A DNA stretch of 48,063 nucleotides from Anaerolineae bacterium (lineage in GTDB: Bacteria; Chloroflexota; Anaerolineae; Anaerolineales; UBA11858), in assembly GCA_011176615.1 (NCBI GenBank), contig DUEG01000004.1, forward strand, positions 1 to 48,063, written 5' to 3'. Position numbers and translations under genes: made by a program. Positions within the stretch are counted from its first letter, which is position 1; each line of letters starts with the position of its first letter. Below are positions 36,215-46,143 of the stretch, piece by piece. The notes beneath the pieces are model-generated. The model made no database searches, was not told where the DNA came from, and worked only from the letters and a program-made list of their open reading frames with translations.

Positions 36215-38158
36215 TCAGGGCATTAAACTTGGAATCACAGTTTTCGAAGGAGTTGAAGTCGCCCTTTGTGTTAATGTTTCTGTCAACGTTTGTGTATCAG
36301 TTGCTGTCATTGTTCTTGTAGGAGTCGGGGTTACTGTTGGGGTTGGTGTTTTCGTTGGCGTCGCCGTAGGCGTTGGTGTTAGGGTGGAGGTAGGCGTGGA
36401 AGTCGGAGTATTTGTGAGCGTGGATGTACTCGTCGGGGTAATCGTTGCGGTAGCAGTAGGCGGATACACGATGCTTTCCGCTTTCTGCCACCATTCTTTC
36501 GGAACAGAATCCTGTGACAGTGACAATAGATCTTTCCAGGTATCCAATGCTTTTGACGATTTCCCTAGAGCCTCATAGGAAAGCGCGCGCCAATAATAGA
36601 TGCTCGCTTGATCACGGGGTGTTCGAACGTAATTTTCACTAAAATCCACTTGTGAAATTGCATCTTCATATCGTTCAGCATAATAAAGTGCTTCTACAAA
36701 GGCAATATTAGCATTAAAATCCTCTGGATTAGCCTTTCTAGCGAGATAAGTATCATTTACACCTTTCTGAAATTCATCTATTCGTATATATGCAAGTCCT
36801 CGATAAAGATGTGCAAGCCAAAAATCCGGTTTTATTTCAAAAGCCTTATCAAAAGCATCCATCGCCGCATCAAAATCTTTTCCCTGTTGCATATATGCTT
36901 GTCCTAAACGAACCCATCCTTCTGGATCTTCATCTTCATAATTTAGATATGTTTCAATCGCATCCAGCGCGTCTTCTGGTCGATCATTGGCTAAATATGC
37001 CTCCCCTAGGGTCAAGTAGCCGTTTAATAACGTAATATCCATATCATGTCCAATTTTCGCATTTGTTAAACCTTCTTTAAATTGACCCAAAGCCAAATTT
37101 GTTTTCGCTCTCATTACATAATATTGTGGGTATATATTGAGGCTTTGCTCCCCTTCATCCAAGGTTTCAAGCGCTTTGGCAGGTTTCCCTATTTCAAGGA
37201 AATACTTTGCTAAGGTGAAATGTGCATCCGCAAATGAAGGATCATATTCAATTGATTTTTGGAGCAAATCCAATACATTTGCTTGGGGATTCCGGGTTAA
37301 ATAGGTCAATGCTAAGCCCAAATAGGAAGGCGCGAAATACTTATCTAATTTTATAGCCTCACGAAAGGTCTCTTGCGCTTCACCCAGTTTCCCATTCAAA
37401 CGATAGGCTTCACCAAGATAATACAAAGAATCGACAATATTAGGTTCTCCCTGAACGGCTTGCTTCATAAAGGATAACATGGAAACATAATCTCCACGCT
37501 GATACGCCCTCAAACCTATGCGGAAGGCTTCAACTCTTGGATGAGGTGTATTGATATAAATTGGCATTGGTGTATAAGTTGCCTCCAGCAGCATCCACAA
37601 AGGCATTCGTCTCCCCAGAGTAGGAGTTGGAGTTCTTACCAGCGGTGTCATGGTACTCGTTGGTGTAGAAGTCTCTGTCCAGGCAATTGGTGTAATTGTT
37701 AATCGAGGGCTTAATAACCCGCCTCCAGTTAAACCGTATATACCAGCAGTGATCAACCCCACTACAACAACACTAATTGCAACAAAAAACACCGTTTTGT
37801 AAAATGGAATTGACAGTAAGACCTTTAATCGACTTGGGGGTTTAGGAGTCACCAATGGAATCTCTGACTCCCAATCTCGCTTAATAAAAACGGGTTGATT
37901 CTCACTCACGTCTACTGGCGTTTCCCCTAAGAGTTTAAGCCCCTGTTTTGCACTTGGATTGTTGGGCTCTAACTTTAGAACATTTTTAAGACAATAGATT
38001 TGCTCACGTGGTGTTTCAACCGCAGAACTCATCCATAACCAATATTCCGGGTTATTTTTGTCCGATTTGAGCAATCTCATCAACAATTCGCGGGCTTGTT
38101 CTTTCTTCCCTTGGCTTATTGCTTCCTTTGCCCTTTTTAAAATCTCGAACTCAGTCAT
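36215..38158 (-). CDS. TPR-repeat membrane-anchored protein with Thr/Pro-rich segments
   Basis: 647 aa. N-terminal TPR, one TM helix (VFFVAISVVVVGLITAGIYGL), a T/P linker, about 10 TPR-like repeats (A..Y..LG.AY......A...F..A) and a roughly 80-aa T/P-rich C-terminus. Confidence 0.8.
   Translation of the reverse strand: MTEFEILKRAKEAISQGKKEQARELLMRLLKSDKNNPEYWLWMSSAVETPREQIYCLKNVLKLEPNNPSAKQGLKLLGETPVDVSENQPVFIKRDWESEIPLVTPKPPSRLKVLLSIPFYKTVFFVAISVVVVGLITAGIYGLTGGGLLSPRLTITPIAWTETSTPTSTMTPLVRTPTPTLGRRMPLWMLLEATYTPMPIYINTPHPRVEAFRIGLRAYQRGDYVSMLSFMKQAVQGEPNIVDSLYYLGEAYRLNGKLGEAQETFREAIKLDKYFAPSYLGLALTYLTRNPQANVLDLLQKSIEYDPSFADAHFTLAKYFLEIGKPAKALETLDEGEQSLNIYPQYYVMRAKTNLALGQFKEGLTNAKIGHDMDITLLNGYLTLGEAYLANDRPEDALDAIETYLNYEDEDPEGWVRLGQAYMQQGKDFDAAMDAFDKAFEIKPDFWLAHLYRGLAYIRIDEFQKGVNDTYLARKANPEDFNANIAFVEALYYAERYEDAISQVDFSENYVRTPRDQASIYYWRALSYEALGKSSKALDTWKDLLSLSQDSVPKEWWQKAESIVYPPTATATITPTSTSTLTNTPTSTPTSTLTPTPTATPTKTPTPTVTPTPTRTMTATDTQTLTETLTQRATSTPSKTVIPSLMP
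36218..36465 (-). repeat. Low-complexity Thr/Pro-rich coding repeat (C-terminal tail of the TPR protein)
   Basis: Encodes PTATATITPTSTSTLTNTPTSTPTSTLTPTPTATPTKTPTPTVTPTPTRT... The antisense reading gives the artefactual Val/Gly-rich ORF at 36204..36578. Confidence 0.8.
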
Positions 38159-38188
38159 CCAGAATCCTTTTTGAAGAGTTTAACATAT

Positions 38189-38218
38189 TTGTCAGTGCCA
38201 TTCAAGTAAGAGTATAAT
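38189..38218 (+). promoter_or_regulatory. Sigma70-type promoter, apparently giving a leaderless LysM-gene mRNA
   Basis: TTGTCA (38189-38194), an 18-nt spacer, then TATAAT (38213-38218). The ATG at 38226 is 7 nt past the -10 box and has no Shine-Dalgarno sequence. Confidence 0.5.
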
Positions 38219-38225
38219 CCAAATC

Positions 38226-39203
38226 ATGATTTCATCAAATAAATATCTTTACGCTCTGATTGTAATCATCTTGATCATCAACTGTTCAAGTTGCGTTCCA
38301 GACATCCCATTACTTACGTTAACACCATCACCTACGTGGCAAGATACCCACACGCCATCGCTTACCACTAGTTTCGACGGGACGCTGACACCGGTAATCC
38401 TTGTAACGAGGGAAAATACATCTATAAAACCCAGCCCAACACCGATTATCTACACTGTGAAAGAAAATGATAATTTAACTATCATCGCCAATCATTACGG
38501 CGTAGAAGTTGACAAGTTAATCCTAAGCAACCCGGATACAAACCCCAATCTACTTACAGTCGGCATGACATTAACCATCCCCATAGGAGAAATTGTGCCA
38601 TCTGGGATACCCACACCAACACCATTGCCATTGACAATGTTAGAACCGATTTGTTATCGCACAAATGACCCCGGGTATATTTGTTTTATCAATGTAAAAA
38701 ACACGCTCAACCAACCCATTGAAAATATTACTGCAGAAGTGTCACTCTATGACGACAAAAACAATTTGTCTTACAAGACCATTGCCTCGGCTGTACTAAA
38801 TGTCCTCTATCCTAACCAATCTATCCCTATCATTGCCAGATTCTCGAATATCAAACAAGAAGTTAATGCCATCGATTATCATTTGCAAAGCGCGAACCCC
38901 ATGCCTCTCGCCGATAATCGGTACATACCAATTGATATCACATCCAAGTCTTTATACATCTCATCGACTGGTATTTCGGCAAAAGTGCAAGGAACTATAT
39001 CAGTGCGCTCTACAGACAAAATGTGGAGTCGATTAACCATCGTTGCGATTGCATATGATAAGAATGGACAGATTGTTGGGGTTCGAAAGCAATATTTGAA
39101 TCAGAATGAGAAAGATTTGAAAAAAATACCTTTCTTAATCACCGTTTATAGTCTTGGAAATCCTATCTCCGATGTTTCATTATTCGGAGAAGCTATTCCA
39201 TGA
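38226..39203 (+). CDS. Secreted or membrane-anchored LysM-domain protein with a C-terminal beta-rich (possibly FxLYD-like) domain
   Basis: N-terminal hydrophobic helix, then T/P-rich linker. LysM at about aa 76-119 (YTVKENDNLTIIANHYGVEVDKLILSNP....LTVGMTLTIP). The C-terminal domain contains AEVSLYDD. Confidence 0.75.
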   Translation: MISSNKYLYALIVIILIINCSSCVPDIPLLTLTPSPTWQDTHTPSLTTSFDGTLTPVILVTRENTSIKPSPTPIIYTVKENDNLTIIANHYGVEVDKLILSNPDTNPNLLTVGMTLTIPIGEIVPSGIPTPTPLPLTMLEPICYRTNDPGYICFINVKNTLNQPIENITAEVSLYDDKNNLSYKTIASAVLNVLYPNQSIPIIARFSNIKQEVNAIDYHLQSANPMPLADNRYIPIDITSKSLYISSTGISAKVQGTISVRSTDKMWSRLTIVAIAYDKNGQIVGVRKQYLNQNEKDLKKIPFLITVYSLGNPISDVSLFGEAIP

Positions 39204-39232
39204 ATTTTTAATATCATCTGTACACAATCTAT

Positions 39233-40744
39233 TTAATTCCCCCAAATTAAGAAATCTTCTTCTGTGCATCCGCTTTCTTTCTGATCCTCGATGATGCAAG
39301 CCTGATAAACAATCCTCGTTCCATTAAGGGCATCGATAGGATCAAGGGCGAGGAAAGTACGACCATCTTGTTTCGTTTCTTTAGGAGAGTAATCAGCCAA
39401 TTTGCCATCAGGCATCTTCACAAAAACCTTTACCTTCACATTTGGAACAGGGACTCCTTCCTGGTAAACGCCGATACCAATGATTTGCTGATCTTTTGAT
39501 GAAATTAATGTTTGAGATGTCCAAGTATATATACTAAGATCATCATTTGATGATTGTGAGGTAGATATGGTAGTGACTGGATTATTTTGGGTTTTTGTAA
39601 TGTTTTTCAGTATTAAAGGGATAAACACTCGTGCTTCATCGCTTGTCCCATAAAACCTCGAATAGTATTCTCTTCCAAGTGGTTCCAATCGAATTTTGTT
39701 GAATATTGCATAAGGTGAATATTCTATACATACGTTTTCAAAACATTGTTCCATCAAACCCGCCTTTTTTTCCTTCATTTCACTAATGGGAAAACCAGTG
39801 AAATCCAACCCCCCATACGGCTCGATAGTATCAATAATCACATCCCTTACTTGATACCCCCAACCATTTCTCACCGGGAAGAAATAACTCTTAGGATCAC
39901 TAACAGGTTTTTGCAAAGGATCATGTGTATAACCCAATATTGTTGTCAATGGTCTTAAAGTTATTTTCCCGGGAATTAAAGGATCTGCTACCAATACTAG
40001 GTTTTCGAACACTTGCTCATAAAGCCCATCAGACCCTTTCTGAACCTCGGTAAGCTGATGACCTGTTATCTTCTTGGGTAAATCATCTGCGGTTTTTTCA
40101 AAACCGATCTCGTTATTAAGGTAAAGGTCGACGTTACCTTCAATATTCTGTGGAACATATGAGCATGAAGAACCACACTTCCAAACTCCGTAGTAAAGTA
40201 ATTGAACCCCAGTGTTAGAATCATTCTCCTTTCGATAGAAACCGAGATTTTCAAAATACTGAATCGTTATACCCCTTGCTGGATCATATATCGGGTCTGC
40301 TAATGGCTCTCCAACAACGGCGGGACCTCCAAAATCATTAAAAACTTGAACAAAAGGACCGTAAATATAATGTCCATTTCTAAAAAGAATTGTTGGATCT
40401 TCTGGGGCGGGCTGTGCAGGTTCCTCGATATTCAACTCCTGACCAATGGATGCTAATCGAAATCGCTGACCCTCTGGGGCTTTGTGATCATAAACCAATA
40501 ATGCTGAAACTACATACTGGTATTCTCGCCCTAAATCATCGTAGAATTTGGGGGAAATTCCCCTCCCCAGCACCGGTTCTCCTCCAAGTCCCTGATAAAA
40601 TTCCCGGAATCTTGGATCTATCTCATAGAATTCGGATGATTGAACAAGTGCATTCGCGCTTCCATCATTGTGAAAGATTAACAAATTAATACTTTCAACA
40701 ACGATTCCAATGACAAACAGCGTAATAAGTACCTTCTTAAGCAC
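39233..40744 (-). CDS. Secreted hypothetical protein with about four LGFP-like repeats
   Basis: 503 aa, GTG start, N-terminal TM/signal helix. Recurring units of the type (L/F)GG..V.G.P.......G...Q.FEN, for example FGGPAVVGEPLADPIYDPARGITIQYFENLGFY. Confidence 0.55.
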   Translation of the reverse strand: MLKKVLITLFVIGIVVESINLLIFHNDGSANALVQSSEFYEIDPRFREFYQGLGGEPVLGRGISPKFYDDLGREYQYVVSALLVYDHKAPEGQRFRLASIGQELNIEEPAQPAPEDPTILFRNGHYIYGPFVQVFNDFGGPAVVGEPLADPIYDPARGITIQYFENLGFYRKENDSNTGVQLLYYGVWKCGSSCSYVPQNIEGNVDLYLNNEIGFEKTADDLPKKITGHQLTEVQKGSDGLYEQVFENLVLVADPLIPGKITLRPLTTILGYTHDPLQKPVSDPKSYFFPVRNGWGYQVRDVIIDTIEPYGGLDFTGFPISEMKEKKAGLMEQCFENVCIEYSPYAIFNKIRLEPLGREYYSRFYGTSDEARVFIPLILKNITKTQNNPVTTISTSQSSNDDLSIYTWTSQTLISSKDQQIIGIGVYQEGVPVPNVKVKVFVKMPDGKLADYSPKETKQDGRTFLALDPIDALNGTRIVYQACIIEDQKESGCTEEDFLIWGN

Positions 40745-40935
40745 GAATACCCCAGCAAATTATTTTTTTAAACCACTACAAAACTCCCGTTTCCTTATTT
40801 ATAACCAGGAGTCATCCGACATTTCCATGAAATACTACTATTTATTTTAGTGGATTAATGCACTTAACACAAGAGACTGTGCTGTTTTTTCGAATTAATA
40901 TTTAATTTTTGAATATTCCCTTTTATTTTACGGAA

Positions 40936-43515
40936 TCATTCATCATGAGAGAATTTCTTTTTCCATTCATAAAGCCGATTAATCGCCTCAATGGGTGTGA
41001 GCGAATTTAAATCAAGTTCTTTTAACTCATCTATGAGCGGATTGGTTTCTGGGAATAACTTCATTTGTTGTGTCACATGAGGGTTAATATTTATTGCCCT
41101 TCCAGAAGATGCTTCTAATTGTTTTAATATTTCATCCGCCCGCTGAATTACTGGTCTTGGTAAGCCTGCTAATTGAGCCACATGAATACCATACGATTTA
41201 TCTGCTCCACCTGGAATAATTGTACGTAAAAACACAACCTTTCCGTCCGCTTCGCTAACTGCGACATTGTAATTCCGCACACCGGGCAAGATTGCCGTTA
41301 ATTGAGTAAGTTCATGATAATGAGTTGCAAACAATGTTTTTGAACGCAGTTTCGGGTGATTATGAATATATTCCACCACTGCCCAAGCGATGGACACACC
41401 ATCATAAGTGCTTGTACCTCGACCGATTTCGTCCAAGATCAATAAACTTCTTGGAGATGCATTATGCAGAATATTTGCAGTTTCCAACATTTCCACCATA
41501 AATGTGGATTGCCCAGCGTGAATTTCGTCTTGCGCACCGATGCGAGTAAAAATCCGGTCAACTAAACCAATACGAGCAGATTTTGCCGGGATATAACTGC
41601 CCATTTGAGACATAAGCACTATAAGCGCGACTTGACGGAGAAAAGTTGATTTCCCGGACATATTTGGACCGGTAATAATTCGAATCCTCTCCCCCTCTTC
41701 AAATATTGCATCGTTGGGAACAAATCTTTCACCTTCAAGCGTATGTTCCACGACAGGATGCCTTCCCAGATGAATTTCCAAAATATCCTCTTCAACTACC
41801 TGGGGACGAACATATCCATTCAATGCTGCTGTTTCTGCTAGAGAGGAAAGTACATCTAATTTTGCTAGTGCCCTTGAAGTACGCAGGAATTTTTTAACTG
41901 ATTTCGAAAGTGTATTACAAATTTCATAAAATACCCTCCTCTCAATCTCCTTAATCCTCTCTTCAGCATTTAAAACTAACGTCTCATACTCTTTTAATTC
42001 AGGCGTAATGTAGCGTTCAGCATTTACAAGAGTTTGCTTACGGATATATTCATTTGGAACCAAAGATGCATTCGGTTTGGTAACTTCTATGTAATATCCA
42101 TATATTTTATTAAAACCTACCTTTAAGGTTTTAATTCCTGTTCTTTCCTTTTCCACTGCCTCAAGATTACCAATCCATTCCCTTGCGTGTCTGGAGGATT
42201 CGCAAGTTTGATCCAACTCTTCAGAAAAATTGGGCCGGATAATCCCCATATTGCCCAAAACAGCAGGTGGATCATCTGAAATCCCAGACTCCAGCAATGC
42301 TAACTCCTCTCCACATAAAGAAAAATCTTCTTTAATGTGGATTAAATTTGGGATATCTTCCAACAAACTGGTGATTTTGGGTAATGCTTGAAGCGTTTTT
42401 CGCATTGCAACAAGATCGCGGGGTTGTGCTACGCCACTATGAACCCGATTTGCTAAACGCTCTAAATCATTTAGATGCCTCAAAGACTCTCGCATCTCTT
42501 TACGAAACAATCCATGCTTGAAAAAGTAATCAACGCCATCTTGACGCTCTGTTATCTTCATAACGTCCAACAAGGGTTTACTCACCCATTGCCTGAGCAA
42601 TCTTTTTCCTAAAGGAGTAACTGTTCGATCTAATAACCCCAAGAGTGATCCATTCTCTTGACCTTCTCGAATTGTTTCCGTTAATTCTAAATTCCGTCTA
42701 GTTGGGGCATCTAAAGTCATGAATTCTGACAAATGGTAAGTACTTAGACCTGTCAATAATTTAATAGCACTTTGTCGAGTCTCTTTAAGATATTCAATCA
42801 ATGCGCCTGATACTCTCACAGCAAGCGGTTTGCCTTTGACACCGAAGCCGTCCAAGGATGCTACACGAAATGTCTCTTTTAAGGCGCTTTCACATCGAGC
42901 ATATTCGAATTTCCATGCAGGGATTACTGTTTGATGGCTAGAAATATTTTTCTTGCTGTTCTCAAGAATATTATCAGGTAACAACACTTCTGCTGGATTT
43001 ATTCGAATTAATTCAGCCCTTACCAATCCCCATACATCTTGACCATGTATTTCTGTCGCGGCGAACTCACCTGTAGTAATGTCAGCATACGCGATTCCAG
43101 CGCGCTTTTCCTGGACGATAACTGCCACTAAATAATTATTCGCATCCCCTGGCAATAAACCAGGTTCGATTACCGTACCAGGTGTGACAATCCGGACAAC
43201 ATTCCTCGGCATTAAGCCGTTAATTGGCTGATCGCCCACTTGATCACATATCGCAACGTGATAGCCTTTGACTATTAATCGAGAGAGGTAACTTTCAACT
43301 GCATGATGGGGGATTCCCGCCATGGGTACACGGGTTCCTTTTCCAACATTCCGGGAAGTTAAAACAATATCTAATTCCTTAGATATTGTTTCCGCGTCAT
43401 GATCAAATGTTTCATAAAAATCGCCAAGTCTAAAGAAAAGAATTGTTTCTGGGTATTGCCTTTTTATCGTAAGGTATTGCTTTCGAATGGGAGAAACGTT
43501 TTCCTTCTTTGTCAT
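40936..43515 (-). CDS. mutS: DNA mismatch repair protein MutS
   Basis: 859 aa. N-terminus P...QY..IK......ILFFR.GDFYE.F, Walker A GPNMSGKST and DEIGRGTSTYDG. Confidence 0.95.
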   Translation of the reverse strand: MTKKENVSPIRKQYLTIKRQYPETILFFRLGDFYETFDHDAETISKELDIVLTSRNVGKGTRVPMAGIPHHAVESYLSRLIVKGYHVAICDQVGDQPINGLMPRNVVRIVTPGTVIEPGLLPGDANNYLVAVIVQEKRAGIAYADITTGEFAATEIHGQDVWGLVRAELIRINPAEVLLPDNILENSKKNISSHQTVIPAWKFEYARCESALKETFRVASLDGFGVKGKPLAVRVSGALIEYLKETRQSAIKLLTGLSTYHLSEFMTLDAPTRRNLELTETIREGQENGSLLGLLDRTVTPLGKRLLRQWVSKPLLDVMKITERQDGVDYFFKHGLFRKEMRESLRHLNDLERLANRVHSGVAQPRDLVAMRKTLQALPKITSLLEDIPNLIHIKEDFSLCGEELALLESGISDDPPAVLGNMGIIRPNFSEELDQTCESSRHAREWIGNLEAVEKERTGIKTLKVGFNKIYGYYIEVTKPNASLVPNEYIRKQTLVNAERYITPELKEYETLVLNAEERIKEIERRVFYEICNTLSKSVKKFLRTSRALAKLDVLSSLAETAALNGYVRPQVVEEDILEIHLGRHPVVEHTLEGERFVPNDAIFEEGERIRIITGPNMSGKSTFLRQVALIVLMSQMGSYIPAKSARIGLVDRIFTRIGAQDEIHAGQSTFMVEMLETANILHNASPRSLLILDEIGRGTSTYDGVSIAWAVVEYIHNHPKLRSKTLFATHYHELTQLTAILPGVRNYNVAVSEADGKVVFLRTIIPGGADKSYGIHVAQLAGLPRPVIQRADEILKQLEASSGRAININPHVTQQMKLFPETNPLIDELKELDLNSLTPIEAINRLYEWKKKFSHDE

Positions 43516-43664
43516 ATCTCCATTCTATAATGCGTTGCTACATTCGGCAAGAGGGGAAAAGAATTCATCCAAAATGTGAACTATTACTCAAAATTCAACT
43601 AATTCATAATGATTTTTTCGGTTATAATTTATTTACTATACATGCGACGAAAGGAGAAATACTT

Positions 43665-44765
43665 ATGGCAAGCGTAACATATGAACATGTCACAAAGCGA
43701 TTTGGGGATGTTGTTGCTGTTAACGACCTTAATATTCAAGTCGCCGACAAAGAATTTCTTGTACTTGTTGGACCATCGGGTTGCGGAAAGACAACAGCCC
43801 TCAGGCTCCTAGCCGGATTGGAAGATATCACGGATGGAAAGATCCTCATTGAGGACAAAGTAGTCAACGATGTAGCTCCTAAGGACCGCGACATCGCAAT
43901 GGTATTCCAATCATATGCTCTATATCCACACATGTCTGTTTATGACAATATGGCATTTGGATTGAAATTGCGCAAATATAACAAGGATGAAATTAAGCGC
44001 AGAGTAGAGCAAGCAGCAAATATTCTCGGTATTGAAAGTTTACTGGATCGTAAACCCAAACAACTTTCAGGTGGTCAAAGACAAAGAGTAGCCGTTGGTC
44101 GTGCTATCGTTCGCGAGCCAAAAGTCTTTCTCTTGGATGAGCCACTCTCTAACCTGGATGCAAAACTTCGTGTTCAAACTCGTGCAGAATTAACCAAACT
44201 GCATCAACGATTGCAGGCAACTTTTATCTACGTGACTCACGATCAGGTAGAAGCCATGACAATGGCGACCCGCATTGCTGTTGTAAACCAAGGTGTCTTA
44301 CAACAGATTGATACGCCACAAATGTTATATGATAAACCAAACAACCTTTTCGTGGCGGGTTTCATTGGATCTCCCGCAATGAACTTTTTTGACGCTCATT
44401 TGCGTAAAGATGGCAACAATCTATTTGTTGATACAGGTACTTTCAGCATAAAAGTTCCTGACGAACAAGCAAAAATATATATGCCACATGTAAATAAGGC
44501 TGTTATCTTTGGAATTCGCCCAGAAGATATTCATGACCCCAAGTATGAAGCCCCAGGAATCATTGCTGAACTGGTTGAAGGCAAGATTGAAGTGACAGAA
44601 TTAATGGGAAATGAAATATTCTTATATCTAAAGAGTGGTGAGCATAATTATGTTGCACGGGTCGACCCACGGACAAGTTTCAAGATGGGCGATGATGTTC
44701 AAGTCTCATTCAATATGGGTAATATGCATATTTTTGATAAAGAAACCGAGCAAGCCATACGCTAA
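43665..44765 (+). CDS. ABC transporter ATP-binding protein, MalK/UgpC/MsiK type (sugar importer ATPase)
   Basis: Walker A GPSGCGKTT, signature LSGGQRQRVA, Walker B FLLDEPLSNLD and a C-terminal TOBE-like regulatory domain. I chose the ATG at 43665 with AAGGAG 8 nt upstream. The ORF-track start at 43509 overlaps mutS and has no support. Confidence 0.9.
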   Translation: MASVTYEHVTKRFGDVVAVNDLNIQVADKEFLVLVGPSGCGKTTALRLLAGLEDITDGKILIEDKVVNDVAPKDRDIAMVFQSYALYPHMSVYDNMAFGLKLRKYNKDEIKRRVEQAANILGIESLLDRKPKQLSGGQRQRVAVGRAIVREPKVFLLDEPLSNLDAKLRVQTRAELTKLHQRLQATFIYVTHDQVEAMTMATRIAVVNQGVLQQIDTPQMLYDKPNNLFVAGFIGSPAMNFFDAHLRKDGNNLFVDTGTFSIKVPDEQAKIYMPHVNKAVIFGIRPEDIHDPKYEAPGIIAELVEGKIEVTELMGNEIFLYLKSGEHNYVARVDPRTSFKMGDDVQVSFNMGNMHIFDKETEQAIR

Positions 44766-44794
44766 AATAGCGTAAACTACCAAATGTATCACAA

Positions 44795-44827
44795 CCCCGC
44801 GCAAGCAACAATCTATAAAGCGCGGGG
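44795..44827 (+). terminator. Hairpin after the ABC ATPase gene
   Basis: 8-bp GC-rich stem ccccgcgc / gcgcgggg with a 17-nt loop, followed by atattctt (a weak U-tract). Confidence 0.5.
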
Positions 44828-44865
44828 ATATTCTTGTAAATTTACAATCATGAAGAGGTAAGAAA

Positions 44866-46074
44866 ATGCCATTTGATTATATTCCCCCATTGCTGACTCA
44901 TAACAATAAAAAAATAGTTCTCTGTGTCCTAGATGGATTAGGGGGGCTTCCTATGATAATGGGAGGCAAGACAGCATTAGAAACTGCAAAAACCCCGAAT
45001 ATGAACAGACTGGCTAAAGAAGGGATGATTGGTCAAACGATTCCAATTCGTCCGGGGATTACACCGGGGTCTGGACCAGCACATTTAGCGTTATTTGGGT
45101 ACGATCCATTGCAATTTGATATTGGACGCGGTGCTTTATCTGCTGCAGGCGTTGGTCTAAAAGTAAATCAAGGCGACGTTGCTGCCCGAGGCAATTTTTG
45201 TACCTTGGATAAAGATGGAATGATCATTGATCGCCGAGCAGGGCGTATCCCCAGCAATGAATCATTGCCAATTGTCAAAAAGTTGCAGGGCGTGCAAATA
45301 CCTGGAGTTACGGTAGAGGTAGAACAAGTAAAAGAATATCGCTTTGCAATTGTTATGCGAGGGCCTAATCTTGATCATCACCTTGAAGACAGCGATCCCC
45401 AAGTAACCGGCGTTCCCCCTCTTCCTGTAAAAGCAACCAGAAAAGAAGCAGAGTCTACCGCCAGCTTATTTAACCAATGGATCTTAGAAGCGAAAAAAGT
45501 TCTCGCTGATGAGCCAAAAGCAAATGGGATCACTTTACGAGGTTTTGCAACCGACCCTGGTTTGACTTCATTTAAAGACGCCTATGGATTACATGCGGCT
45601 TGCATTGCTGTATATCCTATGTACCGCGGTGTAGCAAAACTTGTTGGCATGGACATTATCCAATTCGAAGGTGAAAAACCACAAGATGAGTTTAATACCT
45701 TAGCACAACATTGGAATGATTACGATTTCTTCTTCGTCCATATCAAAAAAACTGATAGTATGGGAGAAGATGGTAATTTCGATGGCAAAGTGCACATCAT
45801 CGAAAGTGTAGACCAAGCATTACCTGAATTATTAAATCTAAAGCCCGATGTATTAATAATCACTGGCGACCATTCCACTCCTTGTAAATTGAGATCACAC
45901 TCATGGCATCCAGTTCCATTCTTACTTTGGGCACCAGAAACTCACAGACCAGACGAACAAGACGAGTTTGGCGAGGGCGCTTGCTCGCATGGTTCCTTAG
46001 GAACATTTCCAGCACTCAACACAATCCCACTAGCACTTGCCCACGCAGAAAAATTAATAAAATATGGCGCTTAA
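44866..46074 (+). CDS. apgM: Cofactor-independent phosphoglycerate mutase, archaeal type (ApgM family)
   Basis: 402 aa with VLCVLDGLGG, TPNM..LA..G, FFFVHIKKTD..GEDG and ITGDHSTP. Confidence 0.85.
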   Translation: MPFDYIPPLLTHNNKKIVLCVLDGLGGLPMIMGGKTALETAKTPNMNRLAKEGMIGQTIPIRPGITPGSGPAHLALFGYDPLQFDIGRGALSAAGVGLKVNQGDVAARGNFCTLDKDGMIIDRRAGRIPSNESLPIVKKLQGVQIPGVTVEVEQVKEYRFAIVMRGPNLDHHLEDSDPQVTGVPPLPVKATRKEAESTASLFNQWILEAKKVLADEPKANGITLRGFATDPGLTSFKDAYGLHAACIAVYPMYRGVAKLVGMDIIQFEGEKPQDEFNTLAQHWNDYDFFFVHIKKTDSMGEDGNFDGKVHIIESVDQALPELLNLKPDVLIITGDHSTPCKLRSHSWHPVPFLLWAPETHRPDEQDEFGEGACSHGSLGTFPALNTIPLALAHAEKLIKYGA

Positions 46075-46109
46075 GCCAATTCCCCCAAATTTTTGTAAAT
46101 TTTGACCAA

Positions 46110-46143
46110 CAAGAGCGGCATTATAACCGCTCTTGTCTTTTTT
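46110..46143. terminator. Intrinsic terminator shared by convergent apgM and the DUF1461 gene
   Basis: Perfect 9-bp stem caagagcgg / ccgctcttg with an 8-nt loop, followed by TCTTTTTT. Confidence 0.7.

Noticed and set aside
36204-36578. 124-aa Val/Gly-rich plus-strand ORF (VGVGVTVGVGVFVGV...)
   Set aside because: It is the antisense reading of the Thr/Pro-rich tail (ACN/CCN codons) of the TPR gene on the minus strand. It has no RBS. It is a low-complexity artefact.
40773-40853. Inverted repeat ccactacaaaa ... ttttagtgg between mutS and the LGFP-like gene
   Set aside because: It is AT-rich, has a bulge and matches no known motif. It is probably part of the promoter/terminator region. I have low confidence that it is functional.
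43509-43664. N-terminal extension of the ABC ATPase ORF overlapping the mutS start
   Set aside because: It has no RBS and overlaps the divergent mutS start. The conserved ATPase N-terminus (MASVTYEHVTKRFG) begins at 43665, right after AAGGAG.
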